From Dehalococcoidia bacterium (GTDB lineage Bacteria > Chloroflexota > Dehalococcoidia > Lucifugimonadales > Lucifugimonadaceae): 64,000 nt of DNA. The position numbers and the translations under genes were made by a program. The stretch is taken from NCBI GenBank assembly GCA_002710135.1, contig PAOY01000035.1, positions 448-64,447 on the forward strand, in the 5' to 3' direction. How positions within the stretch are numbered: position 1 is the stretch's first letter; each line of letters begins with the position of its first letter. Under the pieces are notes generated by a model that was given only the letters and a program-made list of their open reading frames with translations, was not told where the DNA came from and did not search any database. This document shows positions 37,593 through 45,947 of this stretch, in pieces.

Positions 37593-38565
37593 TAATACAA
37601 ACATATCTATATTTGGATTAGGAAATCTAGGATACAACATTTCTCAAAAATTAATGGAGCAGAATAACAATATAAACCTTCGAGGATTTGATATAAACAG
37701 AGAAAAATCAAGTATTGCTAAACATTCTAAAGTTATAACAAAAGAAATGAAGAGTTATATAGATTCTATACATGAAAGTGATTTAATTATAATTTGTACT
37801 CCTACCTCTTCTACCTATGAGATATTTGAATCATTGCAAAATTCCATAACTGAAAATACTTTAATATTTGATATATGTTCTTCTAAAAGAGCAATAAATG
37901 AATGGTCAAATGAGCTTTTACCTAATAACCAAATAATAGGTCTCTATCCATTTATCAATCATAATTCACTCTTAAATAATAACTGGGGTGTTGTATCTTA
38001 CAAAAATACAAAATCACAAGTCACTGATATGGCTAACACTTTTATACATGAAATGGAAGGATTAGTTGTAAACCTAGATATCTCTGAACACGATAGTTTT
38101 ATTGCATTGACTGAAACAATGCCAATGATACTTACTTCAAATCTACTAAATTTATCAAATAATAATTCTTCTTGGAAAGAACTGTACAAATATTATAATA
38201 ATGAGGATTTTAAATTATTTTCTAATCCTTTAGATAATGATCCCGTAAAAATATTTTCTTCGATTTCAACTAATAATGATTTACTTCTTGATTGGATAAA
38301 AATTTATATAAATGAGTTAGTTAAATTTCAGAAATTATTAGAAAACAACTCTGAATCTGACATCGCAGATTTAGTCAAAAAGACTTGGGAGGATAGATTG
38401 AAATTAACAAATAATATAGATCCTAGTCTTGATTCAGGAGAAAATATAATACCGTCATCTTCAGAAAATATTTTATCTTTATTCATAGGATCTAGAGCTG
38501 CCAGATTTTTTACAAAATCAAAAGAAATTGATAAAGATAAATATGGATTTGAAAAAAGGATTTGA
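37579..38565 (+). CDS. prephenate/arogenate dehydrogenase-like protein (divergent)
   Basis: 328 aa. Rossmann motif ISIFGLGNLGYNIS. FDICSSKR resembles the D-x-x-S-x-K motif. The usual G-x-HP-x-x-G His motif reads IGLYPFINH. Its position directly upstream of aroA supports the call. Confidence 0.5.
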   Translation: MGKFDNTNISIFGLGNLGYNISQKLMEQNNNINLRGFDINREKSSIAKHSKVITKEMKSYIDSIHESDLIIICTPTSSTYEIFESLQNSITENTLIFDICSSKRAINEWSNELLPNNQIIGLYPFINHNSLLNNNWGVVSYKNTKSQVTDMANTFIHEMEGLVVNLDISEHDSFIALTETMPMILTSNLLNLSNNNSSWKELYKYYNNEDFKLFSNPLDNDPVKIFSSISTNNDLLLDWIKIYINELVKFQKLLENNSESDIADLVKKTWEDRLKLTNNIDPSLDSGENIIPSSSENILSLFIGSRAARFFTKSKEIDKDKYGFEKRI

Positions 38566-38568
38566 TAA

Positions 38569-39849
38569 ATGGACTACTCTCTTTCTAGTAAAAAATCATT
38601 AAGAGGAGATATAACAATTCCTCCAGATAAATCTTTGTCTCATAGAGCAGTTATGTTTAATTCGTTGGCAGATGGAAATGCTAAAATATCTAATTTTCTA
38701 ATGGGAGAGGACTGTCTGTCTACTATTTCTGTTCTTAGAGAATTGGGGGTGAAAATTGAAGTTTCTTCCGATAGCGTAATTACTTATGGTAAAGGAATCA
38801 ATTCTTTGTCAGAACCCAACAAAATACTAGATGTAGGAAACTCTGGTACTACTATAAGGCTTATGTCAGGAATTCTTGCAGGTAGAAATTTTGAATGTAC
38901 TCTTGATGGAGATTCATCTATAAGAAAGCGACCAATGAACAGAATAATCAAACCATTAAATATGATGGGTGCAAAAATTTCTGCAAATAATAATAATGAA
39001 AATGCACCAATACATTTCAATGGAGGGAATCTTCAAAAAATTGAATATGAATTACCAGTTGCAAGTGCTCAATTAAAAAGTGCCTTGATTTTAGCTGGTT
39101 TGAGATCTGAAAATGGTATCAAAATTAATGAAAAGGCTACTTCAAGAGATCACACCGAAAGACTTTTATCTAATATGGGTGCAGATATAACAACGGATGG
39201 CCTTGAAATCACTGTAAAACCCTCTGAAATTGAATCAAGAGACATAACAGTGCCAGGAGATATATCTAGTGCATCCTTTTGGCTTGTAGCAGCTTGTATA
39301 CACAAAGATGCAGAGTTAACGATTAGGAATGTTGGAATAAATAAAACTAGATCAGGGATTATAAGTGTCTTAGAAAGGATGGGAGCTTCAATAGAATTTT
39401 TTAATGAAAAAGATTATTCTGGAGAACCAGCTTGTGATATTCATATTAAGACATCATATCTTAAAGGTACTGAAATCTCGGGCAGTGAAATTCCTCTACT
39501 AATAGATGAAATCCCTATTCTAGCTTTAGCTGCAGTATTTGCTGAAGGTCAAACAAAAATTATAGATGCAGAAGAACTAAGGTATAAGGAATCTGATAGG
39601 ATTTCCCTAACTGTTAATTGGATGAAAAAAGCTGGAGCAATTGTTGAAGAACTACAAGATGGAATGATAATTACTGGAAATCAAATGATAAATGGAGGTA
39701 CTTTTTCTTCAAATGGTGACCATAGATTAGCTATGACACTAGGAATTGCAAGCTTGGTATCTAAAGATAATATAATTGTTAATAATCCAGAGGCTTCTAA
39801 TGTCTCTTATCCAGGTTTTTGGGAAAAATTAAACTTATTAGGTGAATAA
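38569..39849 (+). CDS. aroA: 3-phosphoshikimate 1-carboxyvinyltransferase (EPSP synthase)
   Basis: 426 aa. Motifs PPDKSLSHRA, LDVGNSGTTIRLMSG, RKRPM and GDHRLAM. Confidence 0.95.
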   Translation: MDYSLSSKKSLRGDITIPPDKSLSHRAVMFNSLADGNAKISNFLMGEDCLSTISVLRELGVKIEVSSDSVITYGKGINSLSEPNKILDVGNSGTTIRLMSGILAGRNFECTLDGDSSIRKRPMNRIIKPLNMMGAKISANNNNENAPIHFNGGNLQKIEYELPVASAQLKSALILAGLRSENGIKINEKATSRDHTERLLSNMGADITTDGLEITVKPSEIESRDITVPGDISSASFWLVAACIHKDAELTIRNVGINKTRSGIISVLERMGASIEFFNEKDYSGEPACDIHIKTSYLKGTEISGSEIPLLIDEIPILALAAVFAEGQTKIIDAEELRYKESDRISLTVNWMKKAGAIVEELQDGMIITGNQMINGGTFSSNGDHRLAMTLGIASLVSKDNIIVNNPEASNVSYPGFWEKLNLLGE

Positions 39850-40420
39850 TTTGAAAGAAAATAAACCTAAAATATTTTTGATTTCTGGACCATCAGGTGT
39901 TGGAAAAGATTCAGTTATAGAAGAAATAAGAAAATTATATAAAAATTTTCATTTCGTTATTACAGCTGTAACAAGAGATAAAAGATCAGATGAAAAAGAT
40001 GGTGTTAATCATTTTTTTATCTCAAATGAAAAATTTAAATCTATGATTGAGAATGATGAATTTATTGAATGGTCAAAAGTATATGAAAATTTTTATGGTG
40101 TTCCAAAATCTCAAATTGAAATTCCAATTAATCAAGGAAACTCTGTTATATTGAGAGTAGATGTACAAGGGGCTCAAAAAATCAAACAAATGATCCCAGA
40201 TCTCATTATGATATTCATTAAGCCCGAAAGCCTAGATTTTATAGATAAAAATATTAGGAATAGAGGAGAAAATTCTGAGGATGAAATAAAAAGAAGATTA
40301 GATACTGCTGAAAAAGAATTATCCTTATCCCATCATTTTGATTATATTATTACTAATCCAGAGGGTAATATTAAGTATGTTATTGAGAGTGTAAAAGATA
40401 TAATTAATAAAAATTTATAA
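39842..40420 (+). CDS. gmk: guanylate kinase
   Basis: 192 aa. P-loop ISGPSGVGKDS and VTRDKRSDEKDGVNHFFIS. GTG start overlapping the aroA stop; an in-frame TTG at 39851 is an alternative start. Confidence 0.8.
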   Translation: MNNLKENKPKIFLISGPSGVGKDSVIEEIRKLYKNFHFVITAVTRDKRSDEKDGVNHFFISNEKFKSMIENDEFIEWSKVYENFYGVPKSQIEIPINQGNSVILRVDVQGAQKIKQMIPDLIMIFIKPESLDFIDKNIRNRGENSEDEIKRRLDTAEKELSLSHHFDYIITNPEGNIKYVIESVKDIINKNL

Positions 40421-40424
40421 AAAT

Positions 40425-41561
40425 ATGCATATTAAAAAAATCTTAATATCTCCACAAGAATTTAAGGAAAGTTTAACCGGACTTGAGGTTGCTAAAGCTA
40501 TTCAACTTGGAATAAATAATATTGATTCTGATATTGATACAATTTTGGTTCCTGTTGCTGATGGAGGAGATGGAACATTACAGACAATGGTAGATGTTAC
40601 TGGTGGTGAAATCATCAAAGAAACTGTAAGTGATCCCTTAGGTAGAAAAATATCATCTGAATGGGGTAAATTAGGAGATGACAATAGTGCCGTCATAGAA
40701 ATGGCAAAAGCCTCTGGTTTAGCTTTGTTGAAAGAAAATGAGAAATCTGCATTACGCACATCTACTTATGGAACAGGAGAGCTGTTTAAGAAAGCTCTTG
40801 ATAATGGAATTTCTAATTTTATAGTTGGTATTGGTGGAAGTGCCACCAATGATGGCGGGGCAGGTTTTGTTTCAGCGCTTGGAGCAAAACTTTTCGATAA
40901 AAATAATAATCTAGTAGAACCTTGTGGGGAAAATCTTAATAAAATAAAAAAGATTGATATGGCTGATTTTGATCAAAGAATTAAGAACGTAACAGTAAGA
41001 GTTGCGTGTGATGTAACTAATCCTCTATGTGGTAATGAGGGAGCTTCGTCTATTTTTGGTCCTCAAAAAGGTGCTTCTCCTTCAGAAGTTAGCTTTCTTG
41101 ATGATAATCTAGCCCATTGGGCTCAATTGATAAAAGATCAAATAGGTCAAGATATTATGGATATTCCTGGATCCGGAGCAGCAGGAGGTTTAGGTGCAGG
41201 ACTAATGGCTTTTACGAACGCTGAATTATCTATTGGGGCTGATATAGTTTTAGATTCATTAGATTATGAAAAACAATTAAGTGGTGTTGATTTAGTTATA
41301 GTTGGTGAAGGTAGAACTGACAAATCAACTCAATTTAATAAATCTCCAGTTGCTGTGGCTATGAGAGCTAAAAAACTTGGGATTCCAGTTATTTGTCTAT
41401 CTGGTTCAATTGGTGAAGGCTATGAAGATTCAAGAGAATTGGGGATATCTTCTTTTTTTAGTATCGTCTCTGGGCCAACAGATTTACAATTTGCAATTGA
41501 TAATGCTCATGACTTAATAATTAAGTCATCTGAAGAAATTATAAGATCAGTTTTAATTTAG
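40425..41561 (+). CDS. glycerate kinase (GlxK/GarK family)
   Basis: 378 aa. Motifs VPVADGGDGT, GIGGSATNDGGAG, GSGAAGGLGAG and VGEGRTD. Confidence 0.85.
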   Translation: MHIKKILISPQEFKESLTGLEVAKAIQLGINNIDSDIDTILVPVADGGDGTLQTMVDVTGGEIIKETVSDPLGRKISSEWGKLGDDNSAVIEMAKASGLALLKENEKSALRTSTYGTGELFKKALDNGISNFIVGIGGSATNDGGAGFVSALGAKLFDKNNNLVEPCGENLNKIKKIDMADFDQRIKNVTVRVACDVTNPLCGNEGASSIFGPQKGASPSEVSFLDDNLAHWAQLIKDQIGQDIMDIPGSGAAGGLGAGLMAFTNAELSIGADIVLDSLDYEKQLSGVDLVIVGEGRTDKSTQFNKSPVAVAMRAKKLGIPVICLSGSIGEGYEDSRELGISSFFSIVSGPTDLQFAIDNAHDLIIKSSEEIIRSVLI

Positions 41562-41569
41562 GAGTAAAA

Positions 41570-42781
41570 ATGTTAAAAGAAAATATTGATTTAGTGATAA
41601 TAGGTGGAGGTATTATTGGACTTGCTACCGCAAATGAAATACTCAGAACAAAAAAGAATATAAATATTGTTGTATTAGAAAAAAGCTCATCTGTAGCCTC
41701 CCAACAATCAGGTCATAATTCTGGTGTTATTCATTCTGGAATATATTACAAACCAGGTTCTTTTAAAGCGCAATTTTGTGTTGAAGGAAGAAAAACCATG
41801 ACAGAGTTTTGTGAAAAAAATGAGATACCTGTTTGGACATGTGGAAAATTAATCGTAGCCACTAAAGAATCTGATTTAGATAAAATTGATAATCTCTATG
41901 AAAGAGGTACAGCCAATAAAGTAGAAGGGCTAAGAGTAGTTTCTCAGGATGAAATGAAAGAAATAGAACCTCATGTTAGCGCGCTGAAGGCACTGCATGC
42001 TCCTGGAACAGGAATTGTTGATTACATAAAAGTTACTGAAGTTTATGCAGATCAATTTAGGCACAATGGAGGAGAAGTTTTTTTAGACACTGAAGTTATT
42101 GGAGTTGAAAAATCTAATGGTAAGCTAATTATTAAAACAAATAAGGGTGACATCGAAACAAATAAAGTAATTAACTGTGCTGGTCTACACTCAGATAGAA
42201 TCGCTAAAATGTTTGGTATGCAAACTGATCTAAAAATAATTCCTTTCAGAGGGGAATATTACACATTGAAAAAATCAAAAGAATATCTTGTGAAAGGTCT
42301 AATTTATCCTGTTCCTAATCCTGAACTCCCATTTTTAGGTGTTCATTTTACACAAACTATGAAGGGATTTGTTGAAGCTGGCCCAAATGCTGTACTTGCT
42401 ACTAAACGAGAGGGTTACAGAAAAAGAGATATATCCTTACGTGACACATTAGAAACATTTACATACAAAGGTTTTTGGAATCTTCTAAAAAATGATTGGA
42501 AAACTGGAATTTGGGAAATAAATCGTTCCCTCAGAAAATCCGTTTTTGTCAAAAGCCTTCGTGAATTGATACCAGAAGTAAATAGTTCTGATTTAGATGT
42601 AGGTGGATCAGGAGTAAGAGCTCAAGCTGTAGCACCTGATGGATCATTGATTGATGATTTCAAAATAGAAGGATCAGAAAATGCTATCCATGTATTAAAT
42701 GCACCCTCCCCAGGAGCTACATCTTCATTAGTTATAGGAAAATATATTAGTAATCTAGCAGTTAAGGAACTAGGGATTTAA
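41570..42781 (+). CDS. lhgO: FAD-dependent L-2-hydroxyglutarate oxidase/dehydrogenase (LhgO-like)
   Basis: 403 aa. DVIIGGG-type dinucleotide fold LVIIGGGIIGLATA, then GHNSGVIHSGIYY and VLNAPSPGATSS. Confidence 0.7.
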   Translation: MLKENIDLVIIGGGIIGLATANEILRTKKNINIVVLEKSSSVASQQSGHNSGVIHSGIYYKPGSFKAQFCVEGRKTMTEFCEKNEIPVWTCGKLIVATKESDLDKIDNLYERGTANKVEGLRVVSQDEMKEIEPHVSALKALHAPGTGIVDYIKVTEVYADQFRHNGGEVFLDTEVIGVEKSNGKLIIKTNKGDIETNKVINCAGLHSDRIAKMFGMQTDLKIIPFRGEYYTLKKSKEYLVKGLIYPVPNPELPFLGVHFTQTMKGFVEAGPNAVLATKREGYRKRDISLRDTLETFTYKGFWNLLKNDWKTGIWEINRSLRKSVFVKSLRELIPEVNSSDLDVGGSGVRAQAVAPDGSLIDDFKIEGSENAIHVLNAPSPGATSSLVIGKYISNLAVKELGI

Positions 42782-42943
42782 TTATTCTACAAAAAATGAA
42801 TCTACCAAAAATACTAATGGTACTGCCAAAATAAAGAATAATATTAGTCCGAATATTCCATTTACACTTGCTCCTACAATACCTGAGAAAAGTATTGCAA
42901 TTACTAAGGCTGGATATGATAATTTATCGTTTTTAAGATTCAT
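42782..42943 (-). CDS. possible small membrane protein (53 aa), below the ORF-track size cut-off
   Basis: My translation: MNLKNDKLSYPALVIAILFSGIVGASVNGIFGLILFFILAVPLVFLVDSFFVE. Two hydrophobic segments. Begins 11 nt after the tRNA-Sec 3' end, and its stop abuts the lhgO stop. It could be a chance ORF. Confidence 0.3.
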   Translation of the reverse strand: MNLKNDKLSYPALVIAILFSGIVGASVNGIFGLILFFILAVPLVFLVDSFFVE

Positions 42944-42954
42944 AATAATTTCCT

Positions 42955-43047
42955 TGGCGGGAGAGAAAGGGAATCGAACCCTCCTTGATAAATAATACCA
43001 ATCATAGTTTTGAAGACTAGAAAATTCACCAGAATATACTCACTCCC
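42955..43047 (-). tRNA. selC: selenocysteine tRNA (anticodon UCA), 93 nt with encoded CCA
   Basis: Hand-folded minus-strand sequence: GGGAGTGA GT ATATTC TGGT GAATTT TCTAGT CTTCAAA ACTATG A TTGGTA TTATT TATCAA G GAGGG TTCGATT CCCTT TCTCTCCC G CCA.
- Acceptor stem: 8 bp with one U-U mismatch.
- T stem: 5 bp with a TTCGATT loop, giving the bacterial 8/5 form.
- D stem: 6 bp (one mismatch) with a 4-nt loop.
- Anticodon stem: 6 bp, with loop CU-UCA-AA.
- Variable arm: 6 bp.
- Discriminator: G. Confidence 0.85.
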
Positions 43048-43054
43048 AAATTTT

Positions 43055-43378
43055 TTATACTACAGAATTAAGTTTTTCTTCGAAATGTTGTTTACCAACA
43101 GCTCCAACAATTTGATCAACAGGTTTACCATCCTTAAATATTACATTCATAGGGATAGATCTAACAAAAAATTTAACTGAAAGATTAGGATTACTATCAA
43201 CATCAACCTTAGCAAAAAGAACTTTTCCATCGTATTCTTCTGCTAGCTGGTCTATTGTGGGAGCAATCATTTTACAAGGTCCACACCAATCAGCCCAAAA
43301 ATCTACCATTACTGGTATTTCTGAATTTTCTACTAATTGTTCAAAATCTGCTTCAGTTACAGTTATAGGCTTAGACAT
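43055..43378 (-). CDS. trxA: thioredoxin
   Basis: 107 aa. Active site WADWCGPCK and the typical C-terminal GAVGK... region. Confidence 0.95.
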   Translation of the reverse strand: MSKPITVTEADFEQLVENSEIPVMVDFWADWCGPCKMIAPTIDQLAEEYDGKVLFAKVDVDSNPNLSVKFFVRSIPMNVIFKDGKPVDQIVGAVGKQHFEEKLNSVV

Positions 43379-43387
43379 ATTAACCTC

Positions 43388-45943
43388 TCATTTTATAATT
43401 TTTATTTTTTTACATTCAAGCTGAGGCACAATAGAAGAAAAATCAGGATTATTACTAGATTCTAGATCTGTAACCATTCTCCCAAAATAATCAGTTGAAG
43501 TTATCATTCCTTCAATTTCACCATCAGTTATAATCTCAGAAGAAATTATGGTATTTCCATTCTCATCTTCCAAAGTTATTTTTGTTGAATCTTTTAAATT
43601 GTACGCTGTTGCATCATTAGGATGCAATCTTAATTTCATAGGTGTTGTAATTTTGTTCATATCTGATTCAACCTCAACATTTATCTCTTCTGGTCTATTT
43701 AGTATCCTTCCAGGAGAATAATAAAGTGATTTTGATTCATATTTATCTATTTCAGTGGAAGAAAATTTCAAATTCTTTAGTAGCTTATTTTTTCTAACAT
43801 TTTCGCTATCATCAGATATTTTAGATATGTACGAATTCTTGGCATTTTCTATGTCTAATTTAGTATCACTATAAATTTTTTCAGAGATTTCTAAGATAGA
43901 TAAAAGATTATCATTTACTGGATTTACCATTTTAGGTGCTTTTTTAATCTTTCCTGCTAGATTGATTATAGTAGAATTTTGTTCAGCATAAGTTTTGGTA
44001 GGAATAACGTAATCTGCAATTTCAAATATTTCATTTTTCAAATGATTTGAGTAGACTAAAACATCTAGGTTTTCTGAAATTTTATCTAATCCCTCATCAA
44101 AAATAACATTTGGATTAATTCCATCACCAAATATAATCAAAGCCTTGATAGATTTATCTAAAATTTTCTTAGAAATTTCTTTTGTGTTGGAGAATTCTTG
44201 TTTATTAATCTGAAAAATTTGATAAAAAGATGATGATCCGATTCCATTAAAAGTAGGATATAAACCCTTCCCCTCTCCTTCTAAGCTATCTGTTATTACT
44301 GCTAAGTTATAAATTGAATCTATATAATCAGATGTTTCTGATTCGCTAATTGTGTCTTGTCCAAATGTAAAAGAAGTTTTACTTGATTTAGAAATCAATT
44401 CAGCTGCTTCATAGAGCTGTTGTTCAGGAACTTTTGTTAGGGATGAAATTTTAACAGGATCAAAATTCCACATAAACTTCTTGAAACTATCTATTTGATC
44501 TGAATCAAGATCTTTATATTCTAAATTTTGATCAAAAATTATTTTACTTATAGTATTTATCACTAAACCTTCTGTTCCAGGAACTGGTTTTAACCAAAGT
44601 TTTGCATACCTAGTAAGATCAATCTCTCGAGGATCTATAACAATTAAATCTGATTGCTCTTTTGATGCTTTTTTAATAGGTAGTGAAATCAAGTTATTAT
44701 CTTCTGTAATATTTGAAGATATAACAACATTACAGTTTGATTTTTCAAGATTCCATACATTTGAAGAGGAAGATAAATAACCAAGCCTTTCTGACAATGA
44801 TTTATAATATGGCTTATTATTCAGATATGCGCTAGCTACATACTTTGTATTTACTTTTTTTGCTAAATTTAGCACTCCTATATTATCTTCAACTGATGCC
44901 CTAGGTGAAGTAATAATAGCAATTTCATTTGATTCATAATTCGAAAGCTTAGTGTTTATTTCTGAAAATGCTAATTCATTGTCAACTGATTTATGTTTAT
45001 ATACCTCTTTTACATATGATTTTTTTATTCTTGATGTTGAGTTTGGATAGTCATATCCAAATTTACCTTTATAGCATAATTGACCTCTAGTTGACTCTGA
45101 TGACAAATCTCCTTTGAACCTAACAAGTTTTTCAGATTTATTAACTTCAACAAGAGCATCACATCCTCCAGCACAGTTAAAGCAAGTTGCACTAAACTCT
45201 TTATCAGATTTTTCCCACTTATAATTTCTTTCAACTAATGCACCAGTTGGGCAAACATCTATACATGCTCCACAAAACTCACAACCTGATTCAAGAAGTG
45301 ATGTACCATTAGATGTTCCAACTAAAGACACTCCGGACCTAGAAACTAAAGTAAGTGCTGAGTCAATTCTAATTTCATCACAAACTCTGACACATCTTGC
45401 ACAGACTATACATAAGTTATAGTCTCTATCATAAAAAGGGTCATCAACATGAATAGGTAGATCTCGTCTGTTATAGTTCAATGGAATTGTCATATCTAGT
45501 TGAACAAATCTAGCAGTATCTTTAAGCTCACATCGTTCATTTTTGGGACAAATTGTACATCTATCAGTTACGGCAACATGTCTTTGACAAATATCTTGAG
45601 GGCCACACAACTCTATACGATGACAAGTCAAGCACCCGTGAGGATGTTCACTCATTAGTAATTCAACTACACCTTTTCTAAGGTCATTAACAGAATCATT
45701 ATCACTTTCAACTTTCATCGAATCACCAGCAGGTGTAGTACAAGAAGCAACTGTCATTTTTCTTCCATTCGGCATTTCTACTTCAACTAGACATGCTCTG
45801 CATGCACCATAAGGTTTCATGCTCGGATAGTAACATAAGTAAGGAATATAAATATCGTTATCCATGGCAACTTGAAGTATAGTTTGACCAGATTGAATAT
45901 CTAATTCTTTACCATCTATATTTATTTTTTGCACATCAGCCAC
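43388..45943 (-). CDS. NuoG / formate-dehydrogenase-alpha-like Fe-S subunit with a molybdopterin-oxidoreductase-like domain lacking a Cys/Sec active-site ligand
   Basis: 851 aa.
- N-terminal 2Fe-2S cluster: CYYPSMKPYGACRAC...C.
- His-ligated cluster motif: HPHGCLTCHRIELCGPQ.
- Two ferredoxin-type 4Fe-4S motifs: CIVCARCVRVC and CEFCGACIDVCP.
- MopB-type cluster: CFNCAGGCD...LCYKG.
- C-terminal beta-barrel-like region: LRLHPNDATAYNLKDSTKITL.
- Where FDHs carry ...AR-x-(C/U)-H..., the by-eye alignment gives VASAYLNNK. Confidence 0.75.
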   Translation of the reverse strand: MADVQKINIDGKELDIQSGQTILQVAMDNDIYIPYLCYYPSMKPYGACRACLVEVEMPNGRKMTVASCTTPAGDSMKVESDNDSVNDLRKGVVELLMSEHPHGCLTCHRIELCGPQDICQRHVAVTDRCTICPKNERCELKDTARFVQLDMTIPLNYNRRDLPIHVDDPFYDRDYNLCIVCARCVRVCDEIRIDSALTLVSRSGVSLVGTSNGTSLLESGCEFCGACIDVCPTGALVERNYKWEKSDKEFSATCFNCAGGCDALVEVNKSEKLVRFKGDLSSESTRGQLCYKGKFGYDYPNSTSRIKKSYVKEVYKHKSVDNELAFSEINTKLSNYESNEIAIITSPRASVEDNIGVLNLAKKVNTKYVASAYLNNKPYYKSLSERLGYLSSSSNVWNLEKSNCNVVISSNITEDNNLISLPIKKASKEQSDLIVIDPREIDLTRYAKLWLKPVPGTEGLVINTISKIIFDQNLEYKDLDSDQIDSFKKFMWNFDPVKISSLTKVPEQQLYEAAELISKSSKTSFTFGQDTISESETSDYIDSIYNLAVITDSLEGEGKGLYPTFNGIGSSSFYQIFQINKQEFSNTKEISKKILDKSIKALIIFGDGINPNVIFDEGLDKISENLDVLVYSNHLKNEIFEIADYVIPTKTYAEQNSTIINLAGKIKKAPKMVNPVNDNLLSILEISEKIYSDTKLDIENAKNSYISKISDDSENVRKNKLLKNLKFSSTEIDKYESKSLYYSPGRILNRPEEINVEVESDMNKITTPMKLRLHPNDATAYNLKDSTKITLEDENGNTIISSEIITDGEIEGMITSTDYFGRMVTDLESSNNPDFSSIVPQLECKKIKIIK

Positions 45944-45947
45944 TTTA

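Noticed and set aside
43388-45943. The idea that the FdhA-like gene next to selC is itself a selenoprotein (Sec-containing formate dehydrogenase).
   Set aside because: The 851-aa reading frame is uninterrupted, with no in-frame TGA. The region that aligns by eye with the Sec/Cys-His active-site motif reads ASAYLNNK, so there is neither Sec nor Cys at that position.
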